Shown here one piece after another: positions 34,431 to 43,630 of a stretch of DNA of 64,000 nucleotides (position 1 is the stretch's first letter; every line of letters starts with the position of its first letter). Below the pieces are notes generated by a model that was not told where the DNA came from, searched no databases, and was given only the letters and a program-made list of their open reading frames with translations. The position numbers and the translations under genes were made by a program. The DNA lies in assembly GCF_041886205.1 (NCBI RefSeq), contig NZ_CP169029.1. One strand, 5' to 3'. This DNA comes from Escherichia coli (GTDB lineage: Bacteria; Pseudomonadota; Gammaproteobacteria; Enterobacterales; Enterobacteriaceae).

Positions 34431-35519
34431 TCACGGCAGGCGGTGGCGGGCTTGATAATAAGCCTGCCAGTGAGCTTCTTTATGTGTGGCGACTCGCTGT
34501 TCGAAGTAACGGCGCAGACGAGCGCGATCTTCTTCGTTATCTTTGACGATGGTTCCGGCAATACAGTCCACCAGATCGGCTGGCTCACCTGCGCGATTCG
34601 CTAAAAACCAGGCGCGGACGCCCACAGCGTGGGCCACGTTCACGGCTTCAGCGGTGGACATAATCGCTGTTAGTGTATCCATTGACGTTTTCTTTTCGCC
34701 GTTGGCACGCAGATCGCGGAAGGTGCGGACCAGTAACTCCAGTACCGCGTCAGGCACTTTATGCGGAATACCGCTATGGGCCAGCAAACGCGCCGAAGCA
34801 CTGGCGACCAGTTCCAGCTCCTGAGCGAAATCCATAATCGGAAAGACAGTTTCAAAATCGAAGCGACGCTTTAGCGCAGCACTCATCTCATTGACGCCGC
34901 GATCGCGCGTATTGGCAGTGGCAATAATATTAAAGCCTTCCCGCGCATAGAGTTGACTGGCTTCACCAGTGAGTTCCGGCACCGTCATCACCCTGTCAGA
35001 AAGCATACCTAACAGACAGTCTTGCACTTCCAGCGGTGTACGCGTTATCTCTTCAAAACGGACGATTTTGCCGTCGCGCATTCCCTGGTAAAGCGGGGCA
35101 GGGACCAGCGCTTCCGTTGATGGACCATGATTGATAAGCAGAGCGTAGTTCCAGCCGTACTTGATTTGATCTTCAGTGGTAAATGCGCCGCCCTGGATGG
35201 TTAACCCGGCATCGCCGCTAATAGCGGTTGCCAGTAATTCAGACAGGAGAGATTTTGCGGTGCCCGGTTCCCCCACCAACATCAAACCGCGCCCGGTGGC
35301 AAGAGTGACTAACATACGTTCGACAGCAGAGGGACTAATCACGACTTTACGGCTAATATTTTGCGCGCTATCGCCAAGGATAAAAGCACGTGCCGCAGGC
35401 AAACTTAACTGCCAACCGGGCGGGCAAGGTGCGTTATCATTTTGTTTTAATTTTGCCAGTTCATCGGCGTATAACACAGCGGCAGGCGGACGCTGCAGAT
35501 GATTATTCTGCGGTGACAT
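34431..35519 (-). CDS. yehL: MoxR-type (AAA_5-like) AAA+ ATPase YehL
   Basis: Internal start MSPQNNHLQRPP gives 362 aa. Walker A GEPGTAKS, a Walker B-like KIVRFEE, and sensor-1 IIATAN. Confidence 0.88.
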   Translation of the reverse strand: MSPQNNHLQRPPAAVLYADELAKLKQNDNAPCPPGWQLSLPAARAFILGDSAQNISRKVVISPSAVERMLVTLATGRGLMLVGEPGTAKSLLSELLATAISGDAGLTIQGGAFTTEDQIKYGWNYALLINHGPSTEALVPAPLYQGMRDGKIVRFEEITRTPLEVQDCLLGMLSDRVMTVPELTGEASQLYAREGFNIIATANTRDRGVNEMSAALKRRFDFETVFPIMDFAQELELVASASARLLAHSGIPHKVPDAVLELLVRTFRDLRANGEKKTSMDTLTAIMSTAEAVNVAHAVGVRAWFLANRAGEPADLVDCIAGTIVKDNEEDRARLRRYFEQRVATHKEAHWQAYYQARHRLP

Positions 35520-35630
35520 ATATTCATCCCTGAAATGTATTAATGAAATAAACGATATTTTACGCGCAATAAATGTTTGGCGCATTAGTTGTTTGAGCGA
35601 AAAATATCTGGAAAGCAGATCACAGTAAAT

Positions 35631-35660
35631 AAAAAAACCTGCTGGTGAGGCAGGTTCTTT
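35631..35660 (-). terminator. Strong intrinsic terminator between yehK and yehL
   Basis: On the minus strand: aacctgc-ctcacca-gcaggtt followed by ttttttt. An A-run on the other side makes it potentially bidirectional. Confidence 0.7.
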
Positions 35661-35825
35661 TATTTACTATTTTCAGGCCTAACACCACAGCCTGTGCAAC
35701 ATCGTGTTCCAACGAACGAATTATAACCACGGCTGGACCCCGTTGCAATTAAGATAATGAGATTTATAATCCAGACCGTTGGGACGTTGCGCCGGATCGG
35801 ACCAATTTGAATTATTTAGAGTATA

Positions 35826-36143
35826 TTATTCTATTTCTTGGTTGAATATATTCTGTAGTTCACGATTAAAAATTGCTATTACAGTTTCAGGTGATTCACC
35901 TCGTAATTTCCGCTCATCAATACACTCATCTCTTATATAAATCAACGCATCATTTATTAGCGGGTCAGCATCTTCTCGATCACGTTGATGAAATGTTGGA
36001 TGTAGCCGGAATCGCTCCAGTCGATAGACGGAACCTGTAAATAATTCAGAGCATTTATGGATCTCAAGTCTGAAGGAAAACGGATCTTCAGGTACAGGGA
36101 CCTCATAATCGTAAATAGCAACCAGCTCTTTTTGCACGATCAT
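35826..36143 (-). CDS. yehK: Small uncharacterised protein YehK (105 aa)
   Basis: 105-aa ORF, visibly AT-rich compared with its neighbours. No signal peptide or TM segment. Acidic. Confidence 0.75.
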   Translation of the reverse strand: MIVQKELVAIYDYEVPVPEDPFSFRLEIHKCSELFTGSVYRLERFRLHPTFHQRDREDADPLINDALIYIRDECIDERKLRGESPETVIAIFNRELQNIFNQEIE

Positions 36144-36171
36144 CGCTTTCCCGTTGGTAAGTCGTGTTGAA

Positions 36172-36197
36172 AACGGGCAGTCGCATCACTGCCCGTT
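36172..36197 (-). terminator. Hairpin (possible attenuator or weak terminator) between yehI and yehK
   Basis: aacgggcagt-(6 nt)-actgcccgtt is a 10-bp stem. On the minus strand it runs into ttttc only. Confidence 0.4.
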
Positions 36198-36202
36198 GTG
36201 TT

Positions 36203-39200
36203 TTAATGGAAAATGACGTCGGGTGCGCTTAACGCCTCACTCAAATCAAACACATCAAGTGCGGCAAAAGTGACGGATTTATTGTCACGGTACACCCGAA
36301 GAGAACGGAAGCTCATCAGCGCTTTGCTATCAGCACTGTAGTAGTTAAAACCGGGTGAAAACTTAAGGACCAGCCGGTACTCACCTAAGTCATAGACAAA
36401 TGCGTCCTCATAGCCTGACTCCCAGCCTTTGTATCGCATTCCCATAAGCTGCCCAACGGTAGCGGATTTACCTTCCCAGCGAGTCAGGCTGTTACTGGTT
36501 GACTCGTCAGGTGTGAGCAGCACCGTGCGGCGCGACAACTGGCGAAAAGGCGGCATAATTTCGTAATCGGCAAAAAGCTGTGCAAATTCACTGCGCATTT
36601 CTGCTGTCATTTCTAACGGGTGGGCAATGCCAATCAGAGCGTCCGCAGGCAGGTCAATGGGCTCATCTTGTGCATTGCAGAATTCCCCCTCTGCGGCCAC
36701 ACGAAAGGTGTTGAGTAAACGACGTGGTTCATTTGCCGGATAAACCCCCCATATTAATCGCTGGGTAACCAGGCGGGTAAAGGGATGATTAACAAAAAGA
36801 GAATGAAAATCTGCCAGCGACCAGCGTCGGGTGGTGCGTAGGGCAGTTTCAAGACGCGGGAGCAGGTTTTTGCTCACCTGAGTGGCATCTTTTTTTAGCC
36901 CTTTTAGTCGGGCCAGTGCCTCGGGCGCTTTCAGTTGATCGTCATCGGCGCGCAACCGGGGAACACTTTTCTGGCGAACGTTTTGTTGATCGTAGATAAC
37001 CGGGTTGAGGTTTTCATCGAAGCGAACGGTAAACTGCCGGGGACCAAAATCAAAAATCAACGCCTGCGGATCATCAAGACCCAGTGTTGGGACTAATCTG
37101 TCCGCTAACTCTTCCTGGCTTAGCCCGCGATTTTCTGCGACCACCTGAAGAAATTCCGCTGCGTTTTCACGTAATGAAGAGGATTTCGCCCGTTGTGATA
37201 CATGATGCAGCTGTATCAGCGCCATATCATTATTCATCAGGGTGAGTATATTCAGACCACTGACAGCACGGGCAGATTTGCCTTCTTGTGGCCAAGCGAG
37301 GATCTGTGTTGTTAGATCCCGTGCCGTGCTTTCGTCACCAAAGAGACTTAACGCCAGAAATGCCCAGTTGTCTTTTGCGGGGGCACCAGCTTGTTGCCAT
37401 GCGGTGAAGAGATCCCAGGCAAAAGCTGCCAGCGTTTGCGGCTGGCAGAACGTTTTCAGTTGTTCCAGCCCGCTATAAAAACGTCCCCCTTGGGTAAAGC
37501 GCAGCATTTCGCCAATAATTTCCAGAGCGTCATCGGTAACAGGTTGATTATTAGTGATAAGGCGCGGCCTGGACCACATTTGCGGATGCCAGAAATCAGG
37601 GGCTTTTGGAATGCGTGCCGGGTAAATCTCTATTGGACTCTGTTTAAGTAATTGTTCCAGGGCAGGCCATACATCAGCGCGATCCCAGCGGTTTGCCACG
37701 GTTTGTAGTAATACGCCATGTCCCTGTTCGTAAAGTAAACGCAGGGCAAGTAATGCAGCTTCGCTATTATCGCTGGATTTAGTGAAGACAAGAGGGATAA
37801 GTGCAGTAGCCGTATGTTCCGGCCATTGTAAAATCCACTGGCGAGCCAGATCACGCTGCGCCGCGAAACGTCGCCAGACGCGGGCAACAGGCAGCGCCAG
37901 TTCTGTTGCGCCGAAATGAATCAGCAGCGGAAATATCTCTTGTGGATGTCGGGCAAAGGCGGTGTTTAATCCAGGCAAAGCATCGGTAGCCAGCACACTT
38001 AACAGATATTCCACCCCAGTGTAATGAAAATCAGCATCGACAATTTGTTGCCAGCACGATACCGCCATTTCGCGCGGCATCTGCGCGATAAGGTACAGAT
38101 TCCAAATCCCCCAACGCTTTTCATTACCATAGTAAAATTCGTGCTGAAAAGTTCGCCACCCTTCCATCAACGCAATGCAATCTTGTGCCAGTAATGCTTT
38201 GGTGGCTTCTTCACGATACTGTTTAGATTTGGCCTGATGCGCGTGATAAGTACGCAATAGTCCTATTGATGTGTATTCTTGCAGTTGCTGAGCATCAAAG
38301 GCATCCAACTGTCCATTAAGAAGATGCTTATTAAATTCCAGGCTATGAACGTCAAAACCTAATTCCCGCAAGAAGGTATCCGCCCCTCTCTTAGCAATAC
38401 GTTCGTCAAAAGACATGGCGCTAAAATGGTCAATTGCAGTTTGCTGTTCCGGCGTCCAGTGTTTATTCGGCGACCTGTACGTTTGCGGTGCAAGCGTAAG
38501 ATCAGGCAGCGAAAAGTGAGGTATGGAAGTCTTTTTCTTCCTCCCACGCCATGGTGGTGAAACGAGGATTTCAGGCATTTGGCTGTTATCGGTACTATCA
38601 ATAACCGGTTTGGGCGGTGCCAATAAATAACTATTCAGTACTGCCCGGGCTTGAGTACTTAACCACTGCATCACCTCTTCTGCCAGTTGTGGCTGCGATG
38701 CCATCAGCGTTTGTAACAGCGTACGCCAGTATTCATCTCGAGCTTTTTGCTGGGCAGGCAGCTTTTTGTCTTCGATGATTGGATAACCAGGGCGGGCTGG
38801 TGGTTCTTTTAACGCCAACAGTTCTGCCAGTGCCGCGAGCGTCGCGTGGGGGAAGTTTTTACTGTATTTAGCCACACGTTGCAGGCTGGGTTTGTTTTTA
38901 TCAGCCACCAGTAGCAAGGTGCGGATGACCTGCGGATGGTTAATTTGTACCAACAGACTGCCGCAATCTTCTTTATGGGCATACATCGCGAGGCGCGGAA
39001 TGGCTGCCAGTCCTTGTTCGCGCAAAAGGGCGGCGCAGGCCGCGTAGCCGAAGTGGTTTTCATGCGACATGTAGCTGGCTTCGCGATCGCTAAATATATC
39101 CTGACTCCAGTAGTGATCGAGTTTCCTCACCGCTGTGGGGTCATTAGCAACAACTTTTAGCCACTCCTTAGAATGATAATGAGTCCGTGGGCATTCAAGG

Positions 39201-39850
39201 CCTATCAACTCATTGGCGATTTCTGGTTTTTCCGGGAGGATCAGCGCAATAAAAGGGCGGCGAACTTTGGTTATTCCTGGCAGTGCGGCAATGAGTTTGT
39301 CGGCGCAACGCTGCCAGCAGCTTTCCTCTGCCAGAGAGAGATGCTTACGCAGTCGGAGATCGAATTCGTTATAGGTTTCTGATCGATAACCATAGCCATA
39401 GTCCTCGTTCTGATACTGCAATGTCACTACCAGAGGATCACTCTCATAACACCGCGCAATAAACTGGCGTGCAATCACCACCTCAGTCGCATATTCCAGT
39501 CCCTCTTGTTGGACGATTTCGTCGAGCAACTGTTGGCTGTCATTTTGCGCGATACAGGCTAGTGCCGCCATTGTGCGGGCCGGGACTGAGGGTTTGTGTT
39601 CGCCGATCAAGTTGATGGCCTGCGTAATGGCGGACTGCCACTCCAGTGAAAAATTTTCATAACGCCAGACAATGTTTTTTTTCTTCTCAGCTTTTTGTAG
39701 CAATTCATCACCCAGTGTCTGAATGATGCTTTCAGTGATAACAGGCACCGGTTCGCCCGGCCATTTGCGATGACTGAGTGGTGTTTTGCCTTTTTTATAT
39801 TTCAGTTCCAGTTGGGCGTTATCCGCCAGCCACGGTAATTCCTTGTCCAT
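36203..39850 (-). CDS. yehI: MolR/YehI-family giant protein YehI (1215 aa); lacks the N-terminal WGR-like module
   Basis: Uninterrupted 1215-aa ORF. It aligns to the upstream paralogue from about residue 97 (LPWLADNAQ vs LPWLADGAQ) through the C-terminus. The start is 9 nt after the upstream stop, and that spacer contains aggaaagag (SD). Confidence 0.88.
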   Translation of the reverse strand: MDKELPWLADNAQLELKYKKGKTPLSHRKWPGEPVPVITESIIQTLGDELLQKAEKKKNIVWRYENFSLEWQSAITQAINLIGEHKPSVPARTMAALACIAQNDSQQLLDEIVQQEGLEYATEVVIARQFIARCYESDPLVVTLQYQNEDYGYGYRSETYNEFDLRLRKHLSLAEESCWQRCADKLIAALPGITKVRRPFIALILPEKPEIANELIGLECPRTHYHSKEWLKVVANDPTAVRKLDHYWSQDIFSDREASYMSHENHFGYAACAALLREQGLAAIPRLAMYAHKEDCGSLLVQINHPQVIRTLLLVADKNKPSLQRVAKYSKNFPHATLAALAELLALKEPPARPGYPIIEDKKLPAQQKARDEYWRTLLQTLMASQPQLAEEVMQWLSTQARAVLNSYLLAPPKPVIDSTDNSQMPEILVSPPWRGRKKKTSIPHFSLPDLTLAPQTYRSPNKHWTPEQQTAIDHFSAMSFDERIAKRGADTFLRELGFDVHSLEFNKHLLNGQLDAFDAQQLQEYTSIGLLRTYHAHQAKSKQYREEATKALLAQDCIALMEGWRTFQHEFYYGNEKRWGIWNLYLIAQMPREMAVSCWQQIVDADFHYTGVEYLLSVLATDALPGLNTAFARHPQEIFPLLIHFGATELALPVARVWRRFAAQRDLARQWILQWPEHTATALIPLVFTKSSDNSEAALLALRLLYEQGHGVLLQTVANRWDRADVWPALEQLLKQSPIEIYPARIPKAPDFWHPQMWSRPRLITNNQPVTDDALEIIGEMLRFTQGGRFYSGLEQLKTFCQPQTLAAFAWDLFTAWQQAGAPAKDNWAFLALSLFGDESTARDLTTQILAWPQEGKSARAVSGLNILTLMNNDMALIQLHHVSQRAKSSSLRENAAEFLQVVAENRGLSQEELADRLVPTLGLDDPQALIFDFGPRQFTVRFDENLNPVIYDQQNVRQKSVPRLRADDDQLKAPEALARLKGLKKDATQVSKNLLPRLETALRTTRRWSLADFHSLFVNHPFTRLVTQRLIWGVYPANEPRRLLNTFRVAAEGEFCNAQDEPIDLPADALIGIAHPLEMTAEMRSEFAQLFADYEIMPPFRQLSRRTVLLTPDESTSNSLTRWEGKSATVGQLMGMRYKGWESGYEDAFVYDLGEYRLVLKFSPGFNYYSADSKALMSFRSLRVYRDNKSVTFAALDVFDLSEALSAPDVIFH

Positions 39851-39859
39851 GCTCTTTCC

Positions 39860-42800
39860 TTATTCAAACAGGGCTTCAATATCGTTAATTAGCTCGCTGG
39901 CGGTGATGGCATCGAGTACGGAGAACTGCGCTTCCTGTGTTGAATTACTCCCCCAGCCATAGCTTTCCGCTTTGCCTTCCCATAACCACAGCTTGCTTAA
40001 GAGCTGCTCAGCGCTAAGTTCGGCTGGTGACATACCCACCGCAAAACCTTCGTCGATTTCCATGATTAACGACCAGCGACCCAAAGGTTTGATCATCCAT
40101 CCGATCCAGCCTCCATCCTGTGGTTCGCCCTTTATCCAGCCTTTATTCGCCAGCCCCATGACCCGACCACTCGGGCATTTTCTGCCTGCCCAGCGGGTCA
40201 GTTCACTGGCATTGCGCTCGGCTTCTGTCAGGGCGTAGCTGTTACGGTCGAGCTGGCGGAACGGTGGTAGCAGTTCGTAGTCGGCAAAAAGCTGACCAAA
40301 GGCGGCAGCATCCGTTGGTGATATTTCCAGAACGTGAGGAGTGCCGATAGAGATATCGCCTTCCGGCAGGGTGAAAAGATCATCGTCAGCGGTGCTGTAG
40401 CTGTTATCTTCTGCTACGCGAAAGCAAGCCAGTAGCTGGTTTTCGGCGCTATAAACGCCCCAAATCAGACGGCGGGTTAAGTGACGAACCAGCGGATGCT
40501 CAACCAGGAAGAGCTGGAAGTTTTCCAGCGACCAGCGGCGGCGCAGGCACATGGCGGATTCCAGCCTTGCTACCTGCTGGGCGGCGACGGTACGCGCATC
40601 TTTTTTCAGCAGTTTGTAGCGGTTAACAGCATCGTTCGCCTGTGATTCATCATCGCTTTTGTTTGGTTTGGGCAGGTCTTTCAGACGGCTGCCGGAAGCG
40701 TCACGCACAAACGGTTTTAAGGTTTCATCAAAGCTGACGGTGAACTGGCGTGGGCCGAAATCCAGCAGCAACGAACCGTTATCATCCAGACCGAGATCTG
40801 GTGCTAACCGATCTTCAAGCTCCGCCACCGTGAGTTCGCGGCTCTCGGCAATATCGGCAATTTTCTCTTTTGCCCGCTCCTGTAAAGCTTTGAATTTCAG
40901 TTTCTGAGCAATGCCGTTAAGCTGCATCAGAGCAATATCACTACCGATAGCGGCGAGGATATCAAGCCCGACGGTGGCGCGTTTATGCTGGGATTCGCCA
41001 GGCCAGGCGCGGATTAATGGCGTCAGTTTGCGGGCGGTGTCATCGTTACCGAGAACGCCTAACGCAGTGAACGCCCAACTCTCTTTCGACGGCGCGCCAG
41101 CGGTCTGCCAGGCGGTAAACAGATCCCAGGCAAATTCAGCCAGTGAGTCGGCGGTACAGGCGTCTTTCACCTGTAATATTCCCGGATACAGAACCTCTTC
41201 CTGAGGGAAGCGGAGCATTTCACCGAGGTGGAGGAGGGCTCTATCTGGCAGTGATTGGGCGTTTGCTTTTAATACCGGGCGCGTCCAGAGCGATGGTTGA
41301 TAAAAGGCCGGAAGAGTGGGGATTTTTGTCGGGTGATTATCTAAGGGATCGAGCGCAAGCAGAGCGTTCACCGCATCGGTTACTTCCGGCTGGTTATAAC
41401 GTCGGGCGATTTCTTGCAGTAATGGCTGATGACCGTTTTCGGTAAGCATACGCAAGGCAGCGCGGGCGTTATCCTGTGCTTCACCGGCTTTGCCGAGCGC
41501 CGCAGGCAGCAGGCCGGTAAGGGCATGTTCCGGGTATTTCAACAGCCAGCTACGGGCGTTTTCGCGTAGCGTTTTGAGTTTGTTGAAGGCACGGGCAATC
41601 AGTGGCGCTAATTCGATAGCCGCAAAATATTGTGCTACAGGCAGCGCTTCTTGCGGATAGCGAGATGCTGAGTGGATAAAACCTGTTAAACCAGCAAGTC
41701 GAAGATGCAACATTACTTGTGTTGCACCTGTATGTGGTTCTTTACTAAGGATGTTCCACATCTCGATAGCTTTATTAATGGGTAAAACATGGAGTGAAGA
41801 AAGATTCCATTCGCCCTGATAAGGGGAGTTATAGGACTTAAAAGCATCAATCAGCGCTGAATAATCTTCACGCTGCAAGGCATCCAGTGCTATTTCTGGA
41901 ACATCAATATAGCCTCTATGTTTGTTCCAATCCCAGCGGTTGAATCCCAGGGAGGTCAGAAAAGCTTTTTCTCCCTCAGCTTGCTGATGAGGTTGCCAGT
42001 TATGCTGCACTTGCAGTGTTTTGCTTTTTGTTTCATTTATTGTACAGAAGGATTCTAGGGATAATGGTGCTAAATCCAGCACCGAAATCGTCGATTTTTT
42101 CTTTTTAGCCAGCCAGGGCGGTGAGACTAATACGGCAGGCAGCATATCAGCGTTCGCATAAACTGAAGGTTGTGTCAGTTGTTGCTGGCATGACTTAAGA
42201 ACGGTAACTGCCGGGGCAGATAGCCAGGAGATTACCCGTTCTGCTAATGTTGGTTGTGAGATAAGCATTGTCATTAGCATCATGCGCCAGCGCTTTTCAT
42301 CTTTTTTTGCCAGAAGTTCTGCTAATGCCGCCAGCGCTGCATGTGGAAAGCGAACGAAAGCCTTTGTCATGCGATCGTGGCAACGCTTTCCCTGCTCGCT
42401 TGCATGGATAAGTAGTGTAAGTGCCTGCGGGTGGTTGATATGCATCAACACTTCACCACATGTGTCACCAGCAGCGTAAGGAGCAAAACGGGCCAGCGCA
42501 GCGACACCTTGCTCCTTGAGTATCGTTGCGCACCAGATTTTACCTCCGTAATAATCATCAAATACCTGCCCAGGCTGTCCTGGATAGTATTTTCCCAGTT
42601 CTGCCAATACCTGCTCGTCAGCGGCCGTCAGTTTTAGCCATTCCAGCGCATATAACCCTTTTTGTCCGCAAAGATGTCTGGCAATCTCATGAGCTATTTC
42701 TGGTTTTTCCGGCAACAATAGTGCAACCAGCGGCTGGTGCCAGGTGGGCATGTTTCCGAGAGCGGCAATCAGTTTGTCGGCGCAGCGCTGCCATACATCG

Positions 42801-43618
42801 TCATTTGCAAGTGAGAGATGCTTACGCAGGCGCATTTCAACCGAAGCGAAGCGTAACAGATAGCCAGGCTGCCTGTTATCCGGGGTAACCGTAATGAGAT
42901 GGGCATCATAATCCCAGTCGAAGCGGATGAATTGCAATGCAATGACAACCTCAGTGGCATATTCCAGACCACCTTCCTGGACAATTTGATCCATTAACTC
43001 TTCATGATCGTTACGATTGAAGCCTTGTTCCAGCGCAACCAGTACCGCCAGTACCATCGGAGGTAGCGTGGTGCTAATTGGCGAGTCGATAAGGCCTACT
43101 GCTTGTGTAATTGCCTGCTGCCAGTCGAGTGAACAGGTACTGTAATCGAAGGTGAGCACCTTTTTAAAACGCCGGTGAGTATTCGCGGCAACGGTGCGTA
43201 GCAGGGTTAATTCATCCTCCTGCTGCACCGGATCGCCAGGCCAGCGTCGATGACTGAGTGTGGTTGGCGCAATCTCTGTCGGTAACATGATTTGGGCACC
43301 GTCTGCCAGCCAGGGGAGGAGGTCACCAGCAAATGCTGGTTTGTCTTGTGGCAAAGGGGTAATTTCAGGGCATTCAATAACCTGGCCGGGTGCAAATGTC
43401 GCTGTCATCACGGATACTTCTTCTACGTAGCCCTTTTTTGTTTTCTCCGCAATCAGCTTCAGCTCCGCTTTTTCCGCCGCCGCAGCATCTGCAAAGCTTT
43501 TTACCTGACTTTGCCCGTTACTGCCGACTTTACCCCAGTTAATATGCAGCTCGTTTCCCTGCTGCTCCACCGCCCAGAATTTATGTGATTTTTCGTCCTG
43601 ATAAATATAGGTTTTCAT
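39860..43618 (-). CDS. Intact MolR-family protein (1252 aa): N-terminal WGR-like domain plus a long helical/DUF4132-type body
   Basis: Uninterrupted ORF. The N-terminus MKTYIYQDEKSHKFWAVEQQGNELHINWGKVGSNGQSQVKSF fits the WGR-domain pattern (FW..., WG+xG..GQ). The C-terminal roughly 500 aa are about 75-80% identical to the neighbouring split paralogue. Confidence 0.85.
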   Translation of the reverse strand: MKTYIYQDEKSHKFWAVEQQGNELHINWGKVGSNGQSQVKSFADAAAAEKAELKLIAEKTKKGYVEEVSVMTATFAPGQVIECPEITPLPQDKPAFAGDLLPWLADGAQIMLPTEIAPTTLSHRRWPGDPVQQEDELTLLRTVAANTHRRFKKVLTFDYSTCSLDWQQAITQAVGLIDSPISTTLPPMVLAVLVALEQGFNRNDHEELMDQIVQEGGLEYATEVVIALQFIRFDWDYDAHLITVTPDNRQPGYLLRFASVEMRLRKHLSLANDDVWQRCADKLIAALGNMPTWHQPLVALLLPEKPEIAHEIARHLCGQKGLYALEWLKLTAADEQVLAELGKYYPGQPGQVFDDYYGGKIWCATILKEQGVAALARFAPYAAGDTCGEVLMHINHPQALTLLIHASEQGKRCHDRMTKAFVRFPHAALAALAELLAKKDEKRWRMMLMTMLISQPTLAERVISWLSAPAVTVLKSCQQQLTQPSVYANADMLPAVLVSPPWLAKKKKSTISVLDLAPLSLESFCTINETKSKTLQVQHNWQPHQQAEGEKAFLTSLGFNRWDWNKHRGYIDVPEIALDALQREDYSALIDAFKSYNSPYQGEWNLSSLHVLPINKAIEMWNILSKEPHTGATQVMLHLRLAGLTGFIHSASRYPQEALPVAQYFAAIELAPLIARAFNKLKTLRENARSWLLKYPEHALTGLLPAALGKAGEAQDNARAALRMLTENGHQPLLQEIARRYNQPEVTDAVNALLALDPLDNHPTKIPTLPAFYQPSLWTRPVLKANAQSLPDRALLHLGEMLRFPQEEVLYPGILQVKDACTADSLAEFAWDLFTAWQTAGAPSKESWAFTALGVLGNDDTARKLTPLIRAWPGESQHKRATVGLDILAAIGSDIALMQLNGIAQKLKFKALQERAKEKIADIAESRELTVAELEDRLAPDLGLDDNGSLLLDFGPRQFTVSFDETLKPFVRDASGSRLKDLPKPNKSDDESQANDAVNRYKLLKKDARTVAAQQVARLESAMCLRRRWSLENFQLFLVEHPLVRHLTRRLIWGVYSAENQLLACFRVAEDNSYSTADDDLFTLPEGDISIGTPHVLEISPTDAAAFGQLFADYELLPPFRQLDRNSYALTEAERNASELTRWAGRKCPSGRVMGLANKGWIKGEPQDGGWIGWMIKPLGRWSLIMEIDEGFAVGMSPAELSAEQLLSKLWLWEGKAESYGWGSNSTQEAQFSVLDAITASELINDIEALFE

Positions 43619-43630
43619 TGCTAAATCCTT

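Noticed and set aside
32141-34588. N-terminally extended track ORFs: yehM 815 aa, yehP 454 aa, yehL 384 aa, and likewise yehQ, bglX, dld, rcnB, yehA and mdtQ.
   Set aside because: The extensions overlap upstream genes or run through intergenic DNA. Internal ATGs reproduce the known protein lengths, have SD sequences or start/stop coupling, or expose signal peptides or lipoboxes.
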